This document shows, in pieces, positions 1-11,515 of a DNA stretch of 64,000 bases (its first letter is position 1; each line of letters starts with the position of its first letter). The position numbers were made by a program, and so were the translations under genes. Under the pieces are notes generated by a model, which was not told the origin of the DNA, did not search any database, and saw nothing but the letters and a program-made list of their open reading frames with translations. The stretch spans positions 99,324,001-99,388,000 of the forward strand of contig OX597820.1 in NCBI GenBank assembly GCA_951406725.2, written 5' to 3'. Origin of the DNA: Octopus vulgaris. Lineage: Eukaryota.

Positions 1-389
1 TCTTGCTGCTCGACACCTTGGGCAAGTGTCTTCTATATCCTCATGCCAACCAAAGCCTTGTGAGTGGATTTGGTAAACAGAAACTGAAAGAAGCCTATAT
101 ATGGCTAAGAGCAAGGTCTAATTTTTATACTAATAAACAGTTTACGGAGTAGAAAAATAGCCAACAACTGATGAAGGGTCGTTCTTTTTGTTGCTTGTCT
201 TGTTTTCTATTTGTTTCTTTTGTTGTTCGCAAAAAAAGTTCGTATTCCATCTATTCGTTTTTCATATTTTATATTGTTTACGTTCTGTGACGTCCTGTGC
301 CCACATATGCATATGTATGTACATATATATGTAAGTATGTACATATATGTATGTATATATGCATATATATATATATATATATACATACT

Positions 390-456
<67 letters not shown>

Positions 457-539
457 GTGTGTGTTTATGCATGTGTGCCATTAGTGGCAGCACTCCATTC
501 TCTACTTCCTCCTTCCATGGTTTAGGATACCCTCCTTAA

Positions 540-2110
540 TCCATCTCACTCCTGGTGTCTCCTTTCAAGGTATACTGATAACAGCTTAGACTGTTCTTCA
601 GTGTCTGGGTTTCTCCTTTTCAGTGCTACTCAACTGTCCACTGCTGACGGCTGAACACTGCCTGAAAATCTTTATCCTCAATGGTGTACGCAGTACAGTC
701 TTACCCACTGGGCTCTTCCCACTCTCTTGTTGCAGACTCAAAGAGCATGTTGTCCTAGCACCACCAAATGAAACCATGTCTCTACCGACACTGACACCAC
801 CAAGGCGGTTGATCACATTAACCACCAAGGCCCATCACCACATGAAAAATCTAACCCTACCACATGGTTGATCACAATTGCCTGCAGCCTCAGTGTCGTG
901 TCCCACACGTCCATCTCCACTTTGCTGCTTTTCTTACATCCAATTTCACTGCTGTCAGCCACCCTAACACTACTTGTCCCCTTCCACTTTTTTGTCACCC
1001 TTGGGGGTCATGAGAGATGTATAGCTCATATCCATGGGGATATGAATGTTTTTCCTCCAATCAGAACTTCAACTATGAACAGTGACTGCATGAGAGCCAC
1101 TATTTGCTTGCAGGGAAAGTTTGAGAGGCAGCAACTTTCCCCGTGGCCTTTTCTCTGTCTGTCTGCACTAGTAGCAAATGGGTTTGGCCTTTGTATCTGC
1201 ACAGTTCCTTGCCATGTGTTGTCCCTGATGCTTGAAACACCAGCCTCTAAATGGTTGCTTCCACTCCATGGCAGATTTACTCTCCTCATTCTTCATCAAT
1301 CGTCACATGACATCACGGGCTTCTATGACTGTCATTCCACTGCATTCTGCCCAGTGTTTTGTGTCAACAAGCACCAATTTCTTGCTGCCTGGCAGTTGTT
1401 GCAGCTGCATCAATATGTCATCAGGGAAACTATTTACAAAAGCCAGCTTTTCACACCCGTCATCACAAAATGTGTCTGAATAAACATTGCTGGACAGCAA
1501 ATAGAGATTCAGACACTGCTTAGAAAATATTTTTCATTTTTAACTTCGTATATAGTACGCACGAGGGATTTTGACCTTTAAATTTTGGGAAAAAAATGCG
1601 GATTATACTCGAGGATTTATGGTAAACCTTATTTTGTTTCTCACATTACAGTTCCCTTATACTACAAGCTATTTCAGCATTCGTATATACATACATATGT
1701 ATATATATATTTTTGTTCCTTGTTGTTGTTGTCCTCTTCCATGAGATGGCAGTGAAAATAAGATCAGCATCAATGCCATCAGATCTTTCTGTTGCAAGGG
1801 ATATGTGATCAGCTGTGCCACCTTTTCTAGTCCCTCTCTGGTAAAACCAGAAAGGATGGCCAGTCTCTGAACCTCCACTACATACATGTTCACCTGATCA
1901 TTGACCTTTCCTAGCTTGGCAACTGCAGCATATAACCCTTCCATAAAGGCTTCCTTTACATGCTACTCTATCTTCTCTGCATCCAGTTGGTCCATTTCAT
2001 TCATTTCGAGGTGCAGCGCTGAAGTGTTTCCCTCCAGATTCAGAGCCATGAGACCTGCTACATTTTCAATGCTTTGCAGTCTGACTATGACTTTGATCTT
2101 ACAGATCCAG
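540..2110 (-). mobile_element. Degenerate Ty3/gypsy-like gag-protease remnant, interrupted
   Basis: Minus-strand pieces LEMNEMDQLDAEKIE*HVKEAF...EVQRLAILSGF...GLEKV (1812-2110), KLAFVNSFPDDILMQLQQLPG (~1380-1445) and IVEVLIGGK followed by a decayed DxG-like site (~1020-1075) resemble gag and aspartic protease segments. Many stops. Confidence 0.45.
1452..1624. mobile_element. Right half of a pogo/Tc2-like MITE
   Basis: Matches the right arms of the full copies at 32399 and 37831; ends gcggattatactcgaggatttatgg-TA. Confidence 0.75.
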
Positions 2111-2360
2111 GTGATCACATATCCCTCGCTACAGAAAGATCTGATGGCATTGATGCTAATCTTATTTTCACTGCCATTATAACCTTTGTGGACTTCAGCA
2201 ACAGGTTTGATAACACCCATTATTACAAAATATTGAAGGTTTTTCAAGCATATGGCATTTCAGAAGAACTAGTTTTTGCTATTACAAAGACCTACAAGAA
2301 GACCAGAACTTATATGTTGTCATATGATGGAGAAATGGAATTCTTTTGGAATAGCTGTGG
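2111..2360 (+). mobile_element. LINE reverse transcriptase fragment (RTE/RTE-X-like)
   Basis: ITFVDFSNRFDNT...KVFQAYGISEELV...YDGEMEFF resembles the FxDFxKAFD and YGIP RT motifs. Confidence 0.6.
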
Positions 2361-3679
2361 AATTTTGAAAATTTTGTCAGGATTTTCCCTTTTTTTCATG
2401 CATTGCAAAACAACGAAGGGAAGCTATTTTAAAACAAAAGTTTAAAAAAATCTATGTCTTTTCAATGTTTGTCTCTCCCCTCATACAAACACACTCATCA
2501 TACCTTTGGAACAGCATCCACTAAAATGATATAATATTTTTCTTTTTTGTAATTTTCTGTCATTTGATTGTATTCTACATTCTGAAACATTTGTAACTTG
2601 TGTTAAAGAAAAAAATGTTTTATCTCTTCTTCCCTCCTTCATTCTTCATTCTTTCACAATGAAGGAAAAGTCAAATACTGCAAGTGAATGTGTTAGAAAC
2701 AAATTTGAACTCTGAAAAGTGTATCTATCAAGCAACATTTTCAGTTGTTTATTGAAACTTTCTCTGCTACCTCATCAAATAAAATTACACGTGATAGATG
2801 GGCCTTGAGATATAAATTTGTTAATTTTCCAAAATTTTAATTCTTGTGCATGAGGAGGCCCACTGAATTTGAAGTGCCCCAGCCCCCACCCCTGGCTTAA
2901 ATTCTGTCCTACCTACCTCTCAGTATCAGCTGTCCAGCTGGGTTAAATCTAAGATGTGGCCTACCCATCTGACCTACTGCTTGAATCCACTGCTAATGCC
3001 TTTCCTAGCTTCTATGTCTACTTGCAACCATCCACTATAGCTGCCCACGGCAAAAGAGGTCCACGCTGGTCCTCACTTCCCTCACTTCCTCGCTCCCTCT
3101 TCCTCTTCTGGTAGGGCCCCTCTGCTATTGATGTCATTGCTGTTTCCTTCTGGTTCACCTCATCCCAGTCCCCCATAACTTAGTGGTTAGGCATAAGAGA
3201 CCAATAAAATAAGTTCTAGGCTTTAAAAGAATAAAATAAGTACTAAAATAGATTTATTCAACGAAAAATTCTTGAAGTCAGTGCCCCAGCTTGGCCACAG
3301 TCTTATGACTGAAACAAGTAAAAGATGAAAGATTTTGTGAATAGTGGTGTCATTGGTTATAAATTTCCCAATGGGTTTCTCACTGATTTACTGCAATATC
3401 CATAGTAAGAATGCTAAGCAAGTGCCCATATACCTTGATTGGAATAAATACCACAAACTATATTTGTTTGGTGCACTGGTTTATTTATTTTCTCACCTGT
3501 ATGTATATATCTTTCACACACACACACACACGTGTGATAAGTATTTGCACAGTTTTTTTTTTACTTAAAATTGATGCATAAATTTTGGTCAATCTGACTC
3601 TATACTAGACTGAACCTAGAATCACTTGGTTGCAAAGTGAACTTCTTAACCGCACAGCCATATTCCTGCTTTGAGTTAA

Positions 3680-3900
3680 CCCTTTCATTACCAACCCGGC
3701 CGAAACCGCCTCTGGCTCTGTAGTACATATGTCTTGTTTTCTTAAGTCCTGAATTAAAATCTTCCCCCAAACCTTAGTCACAATTTATGTTCCTAACACT
3801 AGCTGAATGATAACTAAGTTATTTTACTAAATTCTTTGTTATATTTAAAATAATTGAAAGAAACACAGAGCATCTCAAAATAAATACGGTAATGAAAGGG
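3680..3900. mobile_element. piggyBac-type MITE
   Basis: Perfect 13-bp TIR CCCTTTCATTACC/GGTAATGAAAGGG flanked by TTAA on both sides. Confidence 0.85.
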
Positions 3901-3987
3901 TTAACTATGCATTCCAGACAATTCTCACTCTGTATATTTTGTATTATATGTCATGAGTTAAAGATATCATTTCTCTTTGCTTTACAG

Positions 3988-4238
3988 ACAGTTCACCCAA
4001 TAAGGATCATATTCAATATAGCCATGCAATTGCAAATGCCTATGCTGCTAAGGCATTGCCTCCTTATATTCAACAAGAACTTGATAAGGTCTCTTGGGCT
4101 GACGTGATTTATTTCCAGTTTCCCATATATTGGTACTCAATGCCTGCAATGTTGAAAGGATGGTTTGAAAAGGTATTGATCAGTGGGTTTGCTTACGATC
4201 AAAGACAAGGAAAACTTTTGGATAATGGCTTACTCAAG
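3988..4238 (+). CDS. NQO1: NQO1-like NAD(P)H:quinone oxidoreductase, internal exon (upstream exons outside window)
   Basis: Acceptor ttctctttgctttacAG (3986-3987), donor GTaatt at 4239. Translates (phase 1) to SSPNKDHIQYSHAIANAYAAKALPPYIQQELDKVSWADVIYFQFPIYWYSMPAMLKGWFEKVLISGFAYDQRQGKLLDNGLLK, with the flavodoxin-2 fold motif ADxxxFQFPxxWxSxPAxLKGWFExV. Confidence 0.93.
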
Positions 4239-4357
4239 GTAATTCTTCAGTCCTTTAAATATATCTTTTTATTTTTTTATACTGTTCTCTGGAACTTGAT
4301 TGTGGCCATGATGAGCGTTTCCTTCCCGATCATTGTTAATATTATTAACCTCAATAA

Positions 4358-4587
4358 GGCAGTGACCTGGCAGAATCGTTAGTACGCCGGATGAAATGCT
4401 TAGCAGTATTTCGTCTGCTGCTACGTTCTGAGTTCAAATTCTGCTGAGGTCGACTTTACCTTTCATCCTTTCGGGGTCGATAAATTAAGTACCAGTTACG
4501 CACTGGGGTCGATATAAACAACTTAATCCGTTTGTCTGTCCTTGTTTGTCCCCTCCTTGTGTAGCCCCTTGTGGGTAGTAAAGAAAT
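4358..4587 (+). mobile_element. SINE family B (~230 bp, tRNA-like head), followed by degenerate tandem copies to ~5400
   Basis: B-box-like GAGTTCAAAT, central cctttcatcctttcggggtcgataaattaagtaccag domain, end gggtagtaaagaaata. Confidence 0.8.
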
Positions 4588-5072
4588 AATAATTATTAGC
4601 ACACTAGATGAAATGCTTAGTGGTATTTTGCTCGTCACTCTGATCTGAGTTCAAATTCCACCGAGGTTGATTTTGCCTTTCATCCTTTTTGGGGTCAATA
4701 AATTAAGTATCAATTGAGTATTGGGTTCGATACAATTGATTATACTCATCCCCAAAATTTCAGGCCTTGTGTCTATAGTAAAAAGAATAATGTTGATCTC
4801 AAAGTAATGAGCTGGCATACCAGGTAAAATGCTTAGCAAAATTTTGTCCATCTTTACATTTTGAGTTCAAATCCCACTGAGGTCAGCTTTGCCTTTCATC
4901 CCTTTTGGGGTTTCTCCCCTGAAATTGCTGACCTTGTGCCAAAATTTGAAACCAATATTGTTGACCCCAAGGTAGTGAGCTAGCAGAATTGTCAGTACAC
5001 TGGACAAAATGGTTAGCAGTATTTCTTCTAGCTTTATGTTCCAAGTTTAAATGCTACCAAGCCTGACTATAC

Positions 5073-5302
5073 CTATTTCTTTACTACCCACAAGGGGCTA
5101 AACATAGAGTGGACAAACAAGGACAGACAAACGGATTAAGTCGATTACATCGACCCCAGTGTGCAACTGGTACTTAATTTATCAACCCTGAAAGGATGAA
5201 AGGCAAAGTCGACCTCGGTGGAATTTGAACTCAGAACATAACGGCAGACGAAATACAGCTACGCATTTCGCCCGGCGTGCTAACGTTTCTGCCAGCTCAC
5301 CA
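5073..5302 (-). mobile_element. SINE family B with 11-bp TSD
   Basis: Full copy flanked by cctgactatac at 5062-5072 and 5303-5313. Confidence 0.88.
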
Positions 5303-5479
5303 CCTGACTATACGTTTCATCCTTTCAGAGTCAGTAAGGTAAGGAACATTTGAGTATTGGGGTCAATGTAATTGGCTAGCCCTTCCCACTAAAAACATCT
5401 CAGGCCTTGAGCTGGTGGTGGGGACAAACACAAGCACAAATAGACACACGCACACACACACAAAATATATAATATAAGT

Positions 5480-5886
5480 AGGTATGGGCATGGCTGTGTG
5501 GTAAGAAGCTTGCTTCCCAACCACATGGTTCCAGGTCTAGTTCCACTGTGTGGCACCTTTGGCAAGTGTCTTCCACTATAAGCCTTGGTGTGACCAAAGC
5601 CTTATGTGTGAATTTGGCAGATGGAAACTGAAAGAAGCCCATTGTATGTGTGTTTGTGTGTGTATGTGTGTGTGTATCTTTGTGTCTGTGTTTGTCCCCC
5701 ACCACCATTTGGCAACCAGTGTTGTGTTTATATCCCCATAACTTAGCAGTTCAGTAAAGAGACCAATAGAATAAGGACCATGCTTTAAAAAAATGTACTG
5801 GGGTTGATTCACTCAACTAAAAATTCTTCTAGGTAGTGCTCCAGCATGGCCTTGTTCTATTGACCGAAACAAGTAAAAAGTAAAAG
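5480..5886 (+). mobile_element. SINE family A, diverged
   Basis: Collinear with the 10874 copy. Confidence 0.75.
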
Positions 5887-6166
5887 GTATATTATTGACC
5901 TCAGTGGGATGCAGACTAAAGACCGGTGTAGGCTATATGAAGTCAGTTTGTGAAAGATAACCAAATGCTGCATTCTAATCATTGACCTGCATCTGTTGCA
6001 CCCATTTTATTGTTGTGCATTATTGCACTTATTAAACATACACTATGTAGTCCACCAGTTATATCAGTGGCTCTCAACCGGGTTCCAAGTGATCCTTAGG
6101 GGCCCATATAATATTTTCTTATTAAAAATTGTGTAATAAATCAGTTATATTTCTACAATTTACCAA

Positions 6167-6535
6167 CAACGTGGTTCCAGGTTCAGTCCCACTGAATGGT
6201 ACCTTGGGCAAGTGTCTTCTACTATAGCCTCGGGCTGGCCAAAGCCTTGTGAGTGTATTTGGTAGACGGAAGCTGAAAGAAACCCGTCGTATATATGTAT
6301 ATATCTATATCTGTATATATATCTATGTGTGTGTGTATGTGTCTGTGTTTGTTCCCCCAACATCACTTGACAACCGATGCTGGTGTGTTTACGTCCCCGT
6401 AGCTTAGCGATTCGGCAAAAGAGACCGATAGAATAAGTACTAGGCTTACAAAGAATAAGTCCTGGGGTCGATTTGATTGACTAAAGGCAGTGTTCCAGCA
6501 TGGCCACAGTCAAATGACTGAAACAAGTAAAAGAG
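6167..6535 (+). mobile_element. SINE family A, 5'-truncated
   Basis: Collinear with the 10874 copy from the B-box onward. Confidence 0.8.
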
Positions 6536-7380
6536 TATATAAATGTAAAAGGATTTTTAAACCCTTGAACATTTAAACTGGCCAAATCCAGCCAATATAT
6601 TCTACTTGTTTTATGCTCAGACTGGCTAGATACGGCCTCTCATACTAACCCTACTATATCCTTCTAAATCATTCTAAAGCTACTGGATTTGGTTAAAAAG
6701 AGACGATGAGCGATGGCTAGAAGGATATTGAGTTTAACTTCATAACCAGCTGATCTAGCAAGTGGGGCCTCATATCAGTGAGGAGGGGGCCAGTGCGCAT
6801 TGATGCTGTCGAGAGGTAGGCCCCGAAACGGCGCGCATTCTCTCCTGATGACCCCATACACTTGCTGGCTTCCGGTATACGGAGCTTTTGACTGGTAGCA
6901 CTTGCATGTGCAAGTTATTTGCAAGACAATGCATGATAATTTGAAAACAATGCAAATGAATAAGAATGACTTCTGCTTGAGAAATCTGAATGCCTAAGGG
7001 CTAAACAACAAATGACTACGAGGATCCTAGATCAGCTGGATTGACCAGGCTGTCTGGTGCCGAGTCGGTTCTGCTGGCCACAGCATTTTCTTCATTCCCA
7101 TCATGCTCTCGTTATTCTCTATCTGAGGATCCATTTAAGTAAAATAGGAATCAAATGGATCCATAGACCAAAAAATGGAATAGATAAATAGATATATGCA
7201 CACACATATATCCAGATAAATACATATATGCACACACACACATATATCTAGATAGATAGATATATGCACACACATACATCTAGATAGATAGGTAGGTATA
7301 TGCACATACACATATCTTGATAGATAGATATATGCACACACACACACATGACTAAATGTTTATTTTCCTTTCATTTTCAG

Positions 7381-7482
7381 GGTAAACGCACAATGCTGTC
7401 ATTTACCACAGGGGCTTCTGAAGCGATGTTTACACCAAACGGATTCAATGGAGATATCAATGTAGCTCTGTGGCCAATACAA
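7381..7482 (+). CDS. NQO1: NQO1-like, penultimate coding exon (102 nt)
   Basis: tcattttcAG|GGT...CAA|GTaaat. Translates to GKRTMLSFTTGASEAMFTPNGFNGDINVALWPIQ (FAD-binding TTG loop, GDxNxxLWPIQ). Phase 0 at both ends, compatible with the flanking exons. Confidence 0.95.
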
Positions 7483-7620
7483 GTAAATATCACACTCCTT
7501 GTCCAGCCTAGCCTCTCTTTCTGAATCTGCTTGTCTATCTGTTCATCTCTGTCTTTATCTTTCTAACTATTTTAAGATTTCACCTAGACATGGTGATACT
7601 AATTAACCTGGAGCTAGAAT

Positions 7621-8150
7621 TCATCATCGTCATCATCATCATCATCATCGTTTAACGTCCGCTTTCCATGCTAGCATGGGTTGGACGATTTTGACTGAGG
7701 GCTGGCGAACCAGATGGCTGCACTAGGCTCCAATCTTGATCTGGCAGAGTTTCTACAGTTGGATGCCCTTCCTAACGCCAACCACTCCGAGAGTGTAGTG
7801 GGTGCTTTTTACGTGCCACCGGCACGGGGGCCAGTCAGGCGGTACTGGCAACGACCTCGCTCGAATCTTTTTACACATGCCACCAGCACAGGTGCCAGTA
7901 AGGTGACGCTGGTAATGATCACGCTCAAATGGTGCCTTTTACGTGCCACCAGCACGGAAGCCAGTTAGCTGCTCTGGTAATGATCATGCTCAGATGGTGC
8001 TCTTAGTACCCTACTAGCATGGGCACAAGTGCCAGTAAGGCAATGATAGTAACGATCACACTCGAATGGTGCCTTTTATGTGCCACTGGCACGGAAGCCG
8101 GTTAGCCACTCTGTCAACGATCACACTTGTAAGGTGCTCTTTGCACCCCA
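7621..8150 (-). mobile_element. RTE-LINE 3' tail repeat (family C) with (GAT)n tail
   Basis: (CAT)n-cgtttaacgtccgctttccatgctagcatggg..., then ~60-bp subrepeats. Related copies at 29088, 33730, 34696, 46205 (+), 52353 and 60206, where it directly follows RTE coding sequence. Confidence 0.75.
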
Positions 8151-8619
8151 ATATATATATATGCTTTAGACTAAAATGTTAGTCAAGCACAGAGCATAAT
8201 ATGAAGTTAAATAAATGACAAGGGAACATGAATTACATAATCAACTTCATTAGCTTACAGCTGTTTCTATTATAAGATGCAGTGCACTCAAAGCTGAGTG
8301 TTTGAGTATCACCCTATAGCTTTCTCAGAGCATTTGGTATGATGTGCAAATTTAATAGGGAAAGAATTTAAGTACACGGTAAAGATCACTTTTGAAATGT
8401 ACTCTGCATCTATAGCAGAAACAGCTGAGAGCTAAGTTTTTTTTACCTAATTTCTGTTCTCTTGACATTTACTTAATTTTCTGTTATACTTTTTCTAACT
8501 ATATTTCTGACATTTTATCTGTCAGTCTGTTTTTCTCTCACTCTTTCCAATTTCTTTTGTATTCATAGTTTGTGTTCTCATGTCCTTCTCTTTTTCTATT
8601 CATAAACACACACACACAC

Positions 8620-8713
8620 CTGTCTGTCTGTCTGTCTATCTAAACTATTTAATCTATTTATCTAATCTATCTATCCATATATCCATCTATCTATTTATCT
8701 ATCTATCTATCTA

Positions 8714-8765
<52 letters not shown>

Positions 8766-8789
8766 TCTATCTGTCTGTCTGTCCCTCTC

Positions 8790-8823
<34 letters not shown>

Positions 8824-9256
8824 CACCGACACATATCTAGATAGATAGATATACACACACATATAAATAGATGTATACACACATATATAGATATATAAAC
8901 ACACATATAAATAGATATATACACACACATATAAATAGATATATACACACACATATAAATAAATATATACACACACATATATCTAGATAAATAGATATAT
9001 GCACACACATAAATCTAGATAGATAGATATATGCACACACATATATCCAGATAGATACATATATGCACACACGTACATCTAGATAGATAGGTAGGTATAT
9101 GCACATACACATATCTTGATAAATAGATATGTGCACACACACATATATCTTGATTGATAGATAGATATATGCACACACATATGTCTAGATAGATAGATAG
9201 ATATATGCACACATATATATCTAGATAGATAGATATATGCACACACACACACACAC

Positions 9257-9302
<46 letters not shown>

Positions 9303-9320
9303 TAGATAGATAGATATATG
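8620..9320. repeat. (TCTA)n/(TCTG)n microsatellite and (GATA/CA) minisatellite
   Basis: Direct inspection. Confidence 0.9.
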
Positions 9321-9344
9321 CACACAAACATATTTAGACATATA

Positions 9345-10835
9345 TTAGGTTGTCTTACATGAAATATCGCATTCGAAAATGGAAACATTAAAATTGTTTT
9401 TTAAGTTTTAGAATATTTATTTATTTAATCAAAATATGATCCCTGTCCATTTATGACCTTCATCCAATGAGGCATATATTCCATCTTCAAAGAATTTGTC
9501 ATCTTTTACACAGATAAACTGTTCAAATGCTTTAATTACCTCTTCTTTATTAAAAAACGTCTTATTGCCTATAGCAAGCTCAAAGTGTTTAAATATGTGA
9601 TAATCAGCAGGAGAGATATAAGGAGAATAAGGAAGATGTGCCAAGATTTCATACTTCAGGCTTTGCAACAGTTGGACCGTAGCTTGAGAAGTGTGAGGCT
9701 GTGCATTATCATGAAGCAAAACTGGGCCATCTCTATTCACTAATCTGGATAGCTTCTTTTTTAATTTTTCATGCATATAATCAGTTTCTTGACAATAGGA
9801 TGTCGCTGTTACAGTTTTTCCTTGTTGCAAAAATGAATAATGAATAACCCCACTTTGTTGACCACCATACAGGGACCATCAATTTTTTAGGGTGCAATGG
9901 TGGTTTTGCATAGTGTTTTGGTGACTCTCCTGCATCTAACCACTGTTTTGTCCTCCTGCTGTTATCAAAGAATATCCATTTCTCATCACATGCAATGAGT
10001 CGATACAAAAATGGTTCTCTTTCAAACCGAGAAATCAACATGTAAGGCGTCTGTTTCTTTGAATCTCATTAAGTTGATCGTGAACAGACCTATCCATCTT
10101 TTTGACTTTTCCAATTTTATTCAAGTGTCAAGAAGCAGTTGTGGGAGTTGTCTGGTGGTCTGATCCGATTTTTTGGACTATTGCTCTTGGATTTCGTTTA
10201 ACCAAAGCATTCAATTCATCATGCCAAATTACTGATTTTGGTCTCTCCCTTGGTTCATTTTTAAGGATTTCATTTCCTGAACGAAATCTTTGGAACCATC
10301 TCTGAACAGTTTTAACGTCAACAGAATCGTTAGCAAAAGCCCGCTTGATGTTTCGTAGAGCTTCAGTGGCCGAGTGACCCAACTTGTATTCGTACAAGAA
10401 AATCACTCGGTATTGTTCAGGGCAGCGAGCTGGCAGAAACGTTAGCATGCTGGGCGAAATGCTTTGTGGTATTTCGTCCGCCGCTATGTTCTGAGTTCAA
10501 ATTCCGCTGAGATTGACTTTGCCTTTCATCCTTTCGGGGTCGATAAATTAAGTACCAGTTACGTACTGGAGTCGATGTAATCGACTTAATCTGTGTTTCT
10601 GTCCTTGTTTGTCCTCTCTGTGTTTAGTCCCCTGTGGGTAGTAAAGAAATATGTATTGTTCAGTTGTCAACATTGCTATAGGAGCTATGGGTAGCAATTT
10701 TGAATAAGAGTATTGTCTAGAAAGAAAAAGAGTTAAGAGTAAACACAAGCATATACATAGAAACTCATTAAAAATCCATTTATAGATGACTCGTAAGAAA
10801 CCCATTTAAAATATATTTCATGTGAGACAACCTAA
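9345..10835 (-). mobile_element. Full-length mariner (DD34D) transposon, pseudogenised
   Basis: TA-TTAGGTTGTCTTACATGAAATAT...ATATTTCATGTGAGACAACCTAA-TA TIRs. Transposase motifs IACDEKW, LHPKKLM, LLHDNAQPH and YSPYISPADYHIF are split by frameshifts and a SINE. Confidence 0.93.
10421..10652 (+). mobile_element. SINE family B inserted in a mariner transposase
   Basis: TSD gtattgttcag at 10410-10420 and 10653-10663. Confidence 0.9.
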
Positions 10836-10873
10836 TACATACACATATATATTTAGATATATATATACCCATA

Positions 10874-11279
10874 GGCGTAGGAGTGGCTTTGTAGTAAGTA
10901 GCTTGCTTACCGACCACATGGTTTCAGGGTTCAGTCCCACTATGTGGCACCTTGGGCAAGTGTCTTCTACTATAGCCTCGGGCCGACCAAAGCCTTGTGA
11001 GTGGATTTGGTAGACGGAAACTGAAAGAAGCCCGTCGTATATATGTATATATATATGTATGTGTGTGTATGTGTTTGTGTGTCTGTGTTTGTCCCCCCAA
11101 CATCGCTTGACAACCGATTGCTGGTGTGTTTACGTCCCCGTAACTTAGCGGTTCAGCAAAAGAGACAGATAGAATAAGTACTAGGCTTACAAAGAATAAG
11201 TCCTGGGGTCGATTTGCTCGACTAAAGGTGGTGCTCCAGCATGGCCACAGTCAAATGACTGAAACAAGAGTAAGAGAGA
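10874..11279 (+). mobile_element. SINE family A (~400 bp, tRNA head, internal microsatellite)
   Basis: A-box-like TGGCTTTGTAGT, B-box-like GGTTCAGTCC, ccttgggcaagtg central motif, internal (TA)n(TG)n, tail ccagcatggccacagtcaaatgactgaaac. Confidence 0.85.
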
Positions 11280-11515
11280 GTTAAAGAGGGTACACACATA
11301 TCCCCTTGTTTTTAAACCTGTATTTCCTTCACTCCTGATGTCTCTCAGCATTGCCTACTCTCTCTCTTGCTTGTCTCATACCTCTCTCTCTCTGTCTTAG
11401 TATTAAACTGCTTTCACTCAAACCTAAGAATGGTTATGTCTACATGTGTGTGTATGTGTGGGGTAAAGACCCCCGCCCTTCATTAATACCCATTCTTTCA
11501 ATTATTCTCTTCTAG

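Noticed and set aside
168-200. CTGATGAAGG, possible hammerhead start
   Set aside because: No closing stem II or GAAA downstream.
211-539. YIYIYI/CVCV-type ORFs here and at 8580-9341, 14484-14808, 43923-44194, 50454-50937 and 61150-62344
   Set aside because: Translations of (TA)n, (CA)n and (GATA)n microsatellites, which lack stop codons; not genes.
868-1479. 203-aa + strand ORF
   Set aside because: Antisense to a decayed retrotransposon segment; no motif and no splice context.
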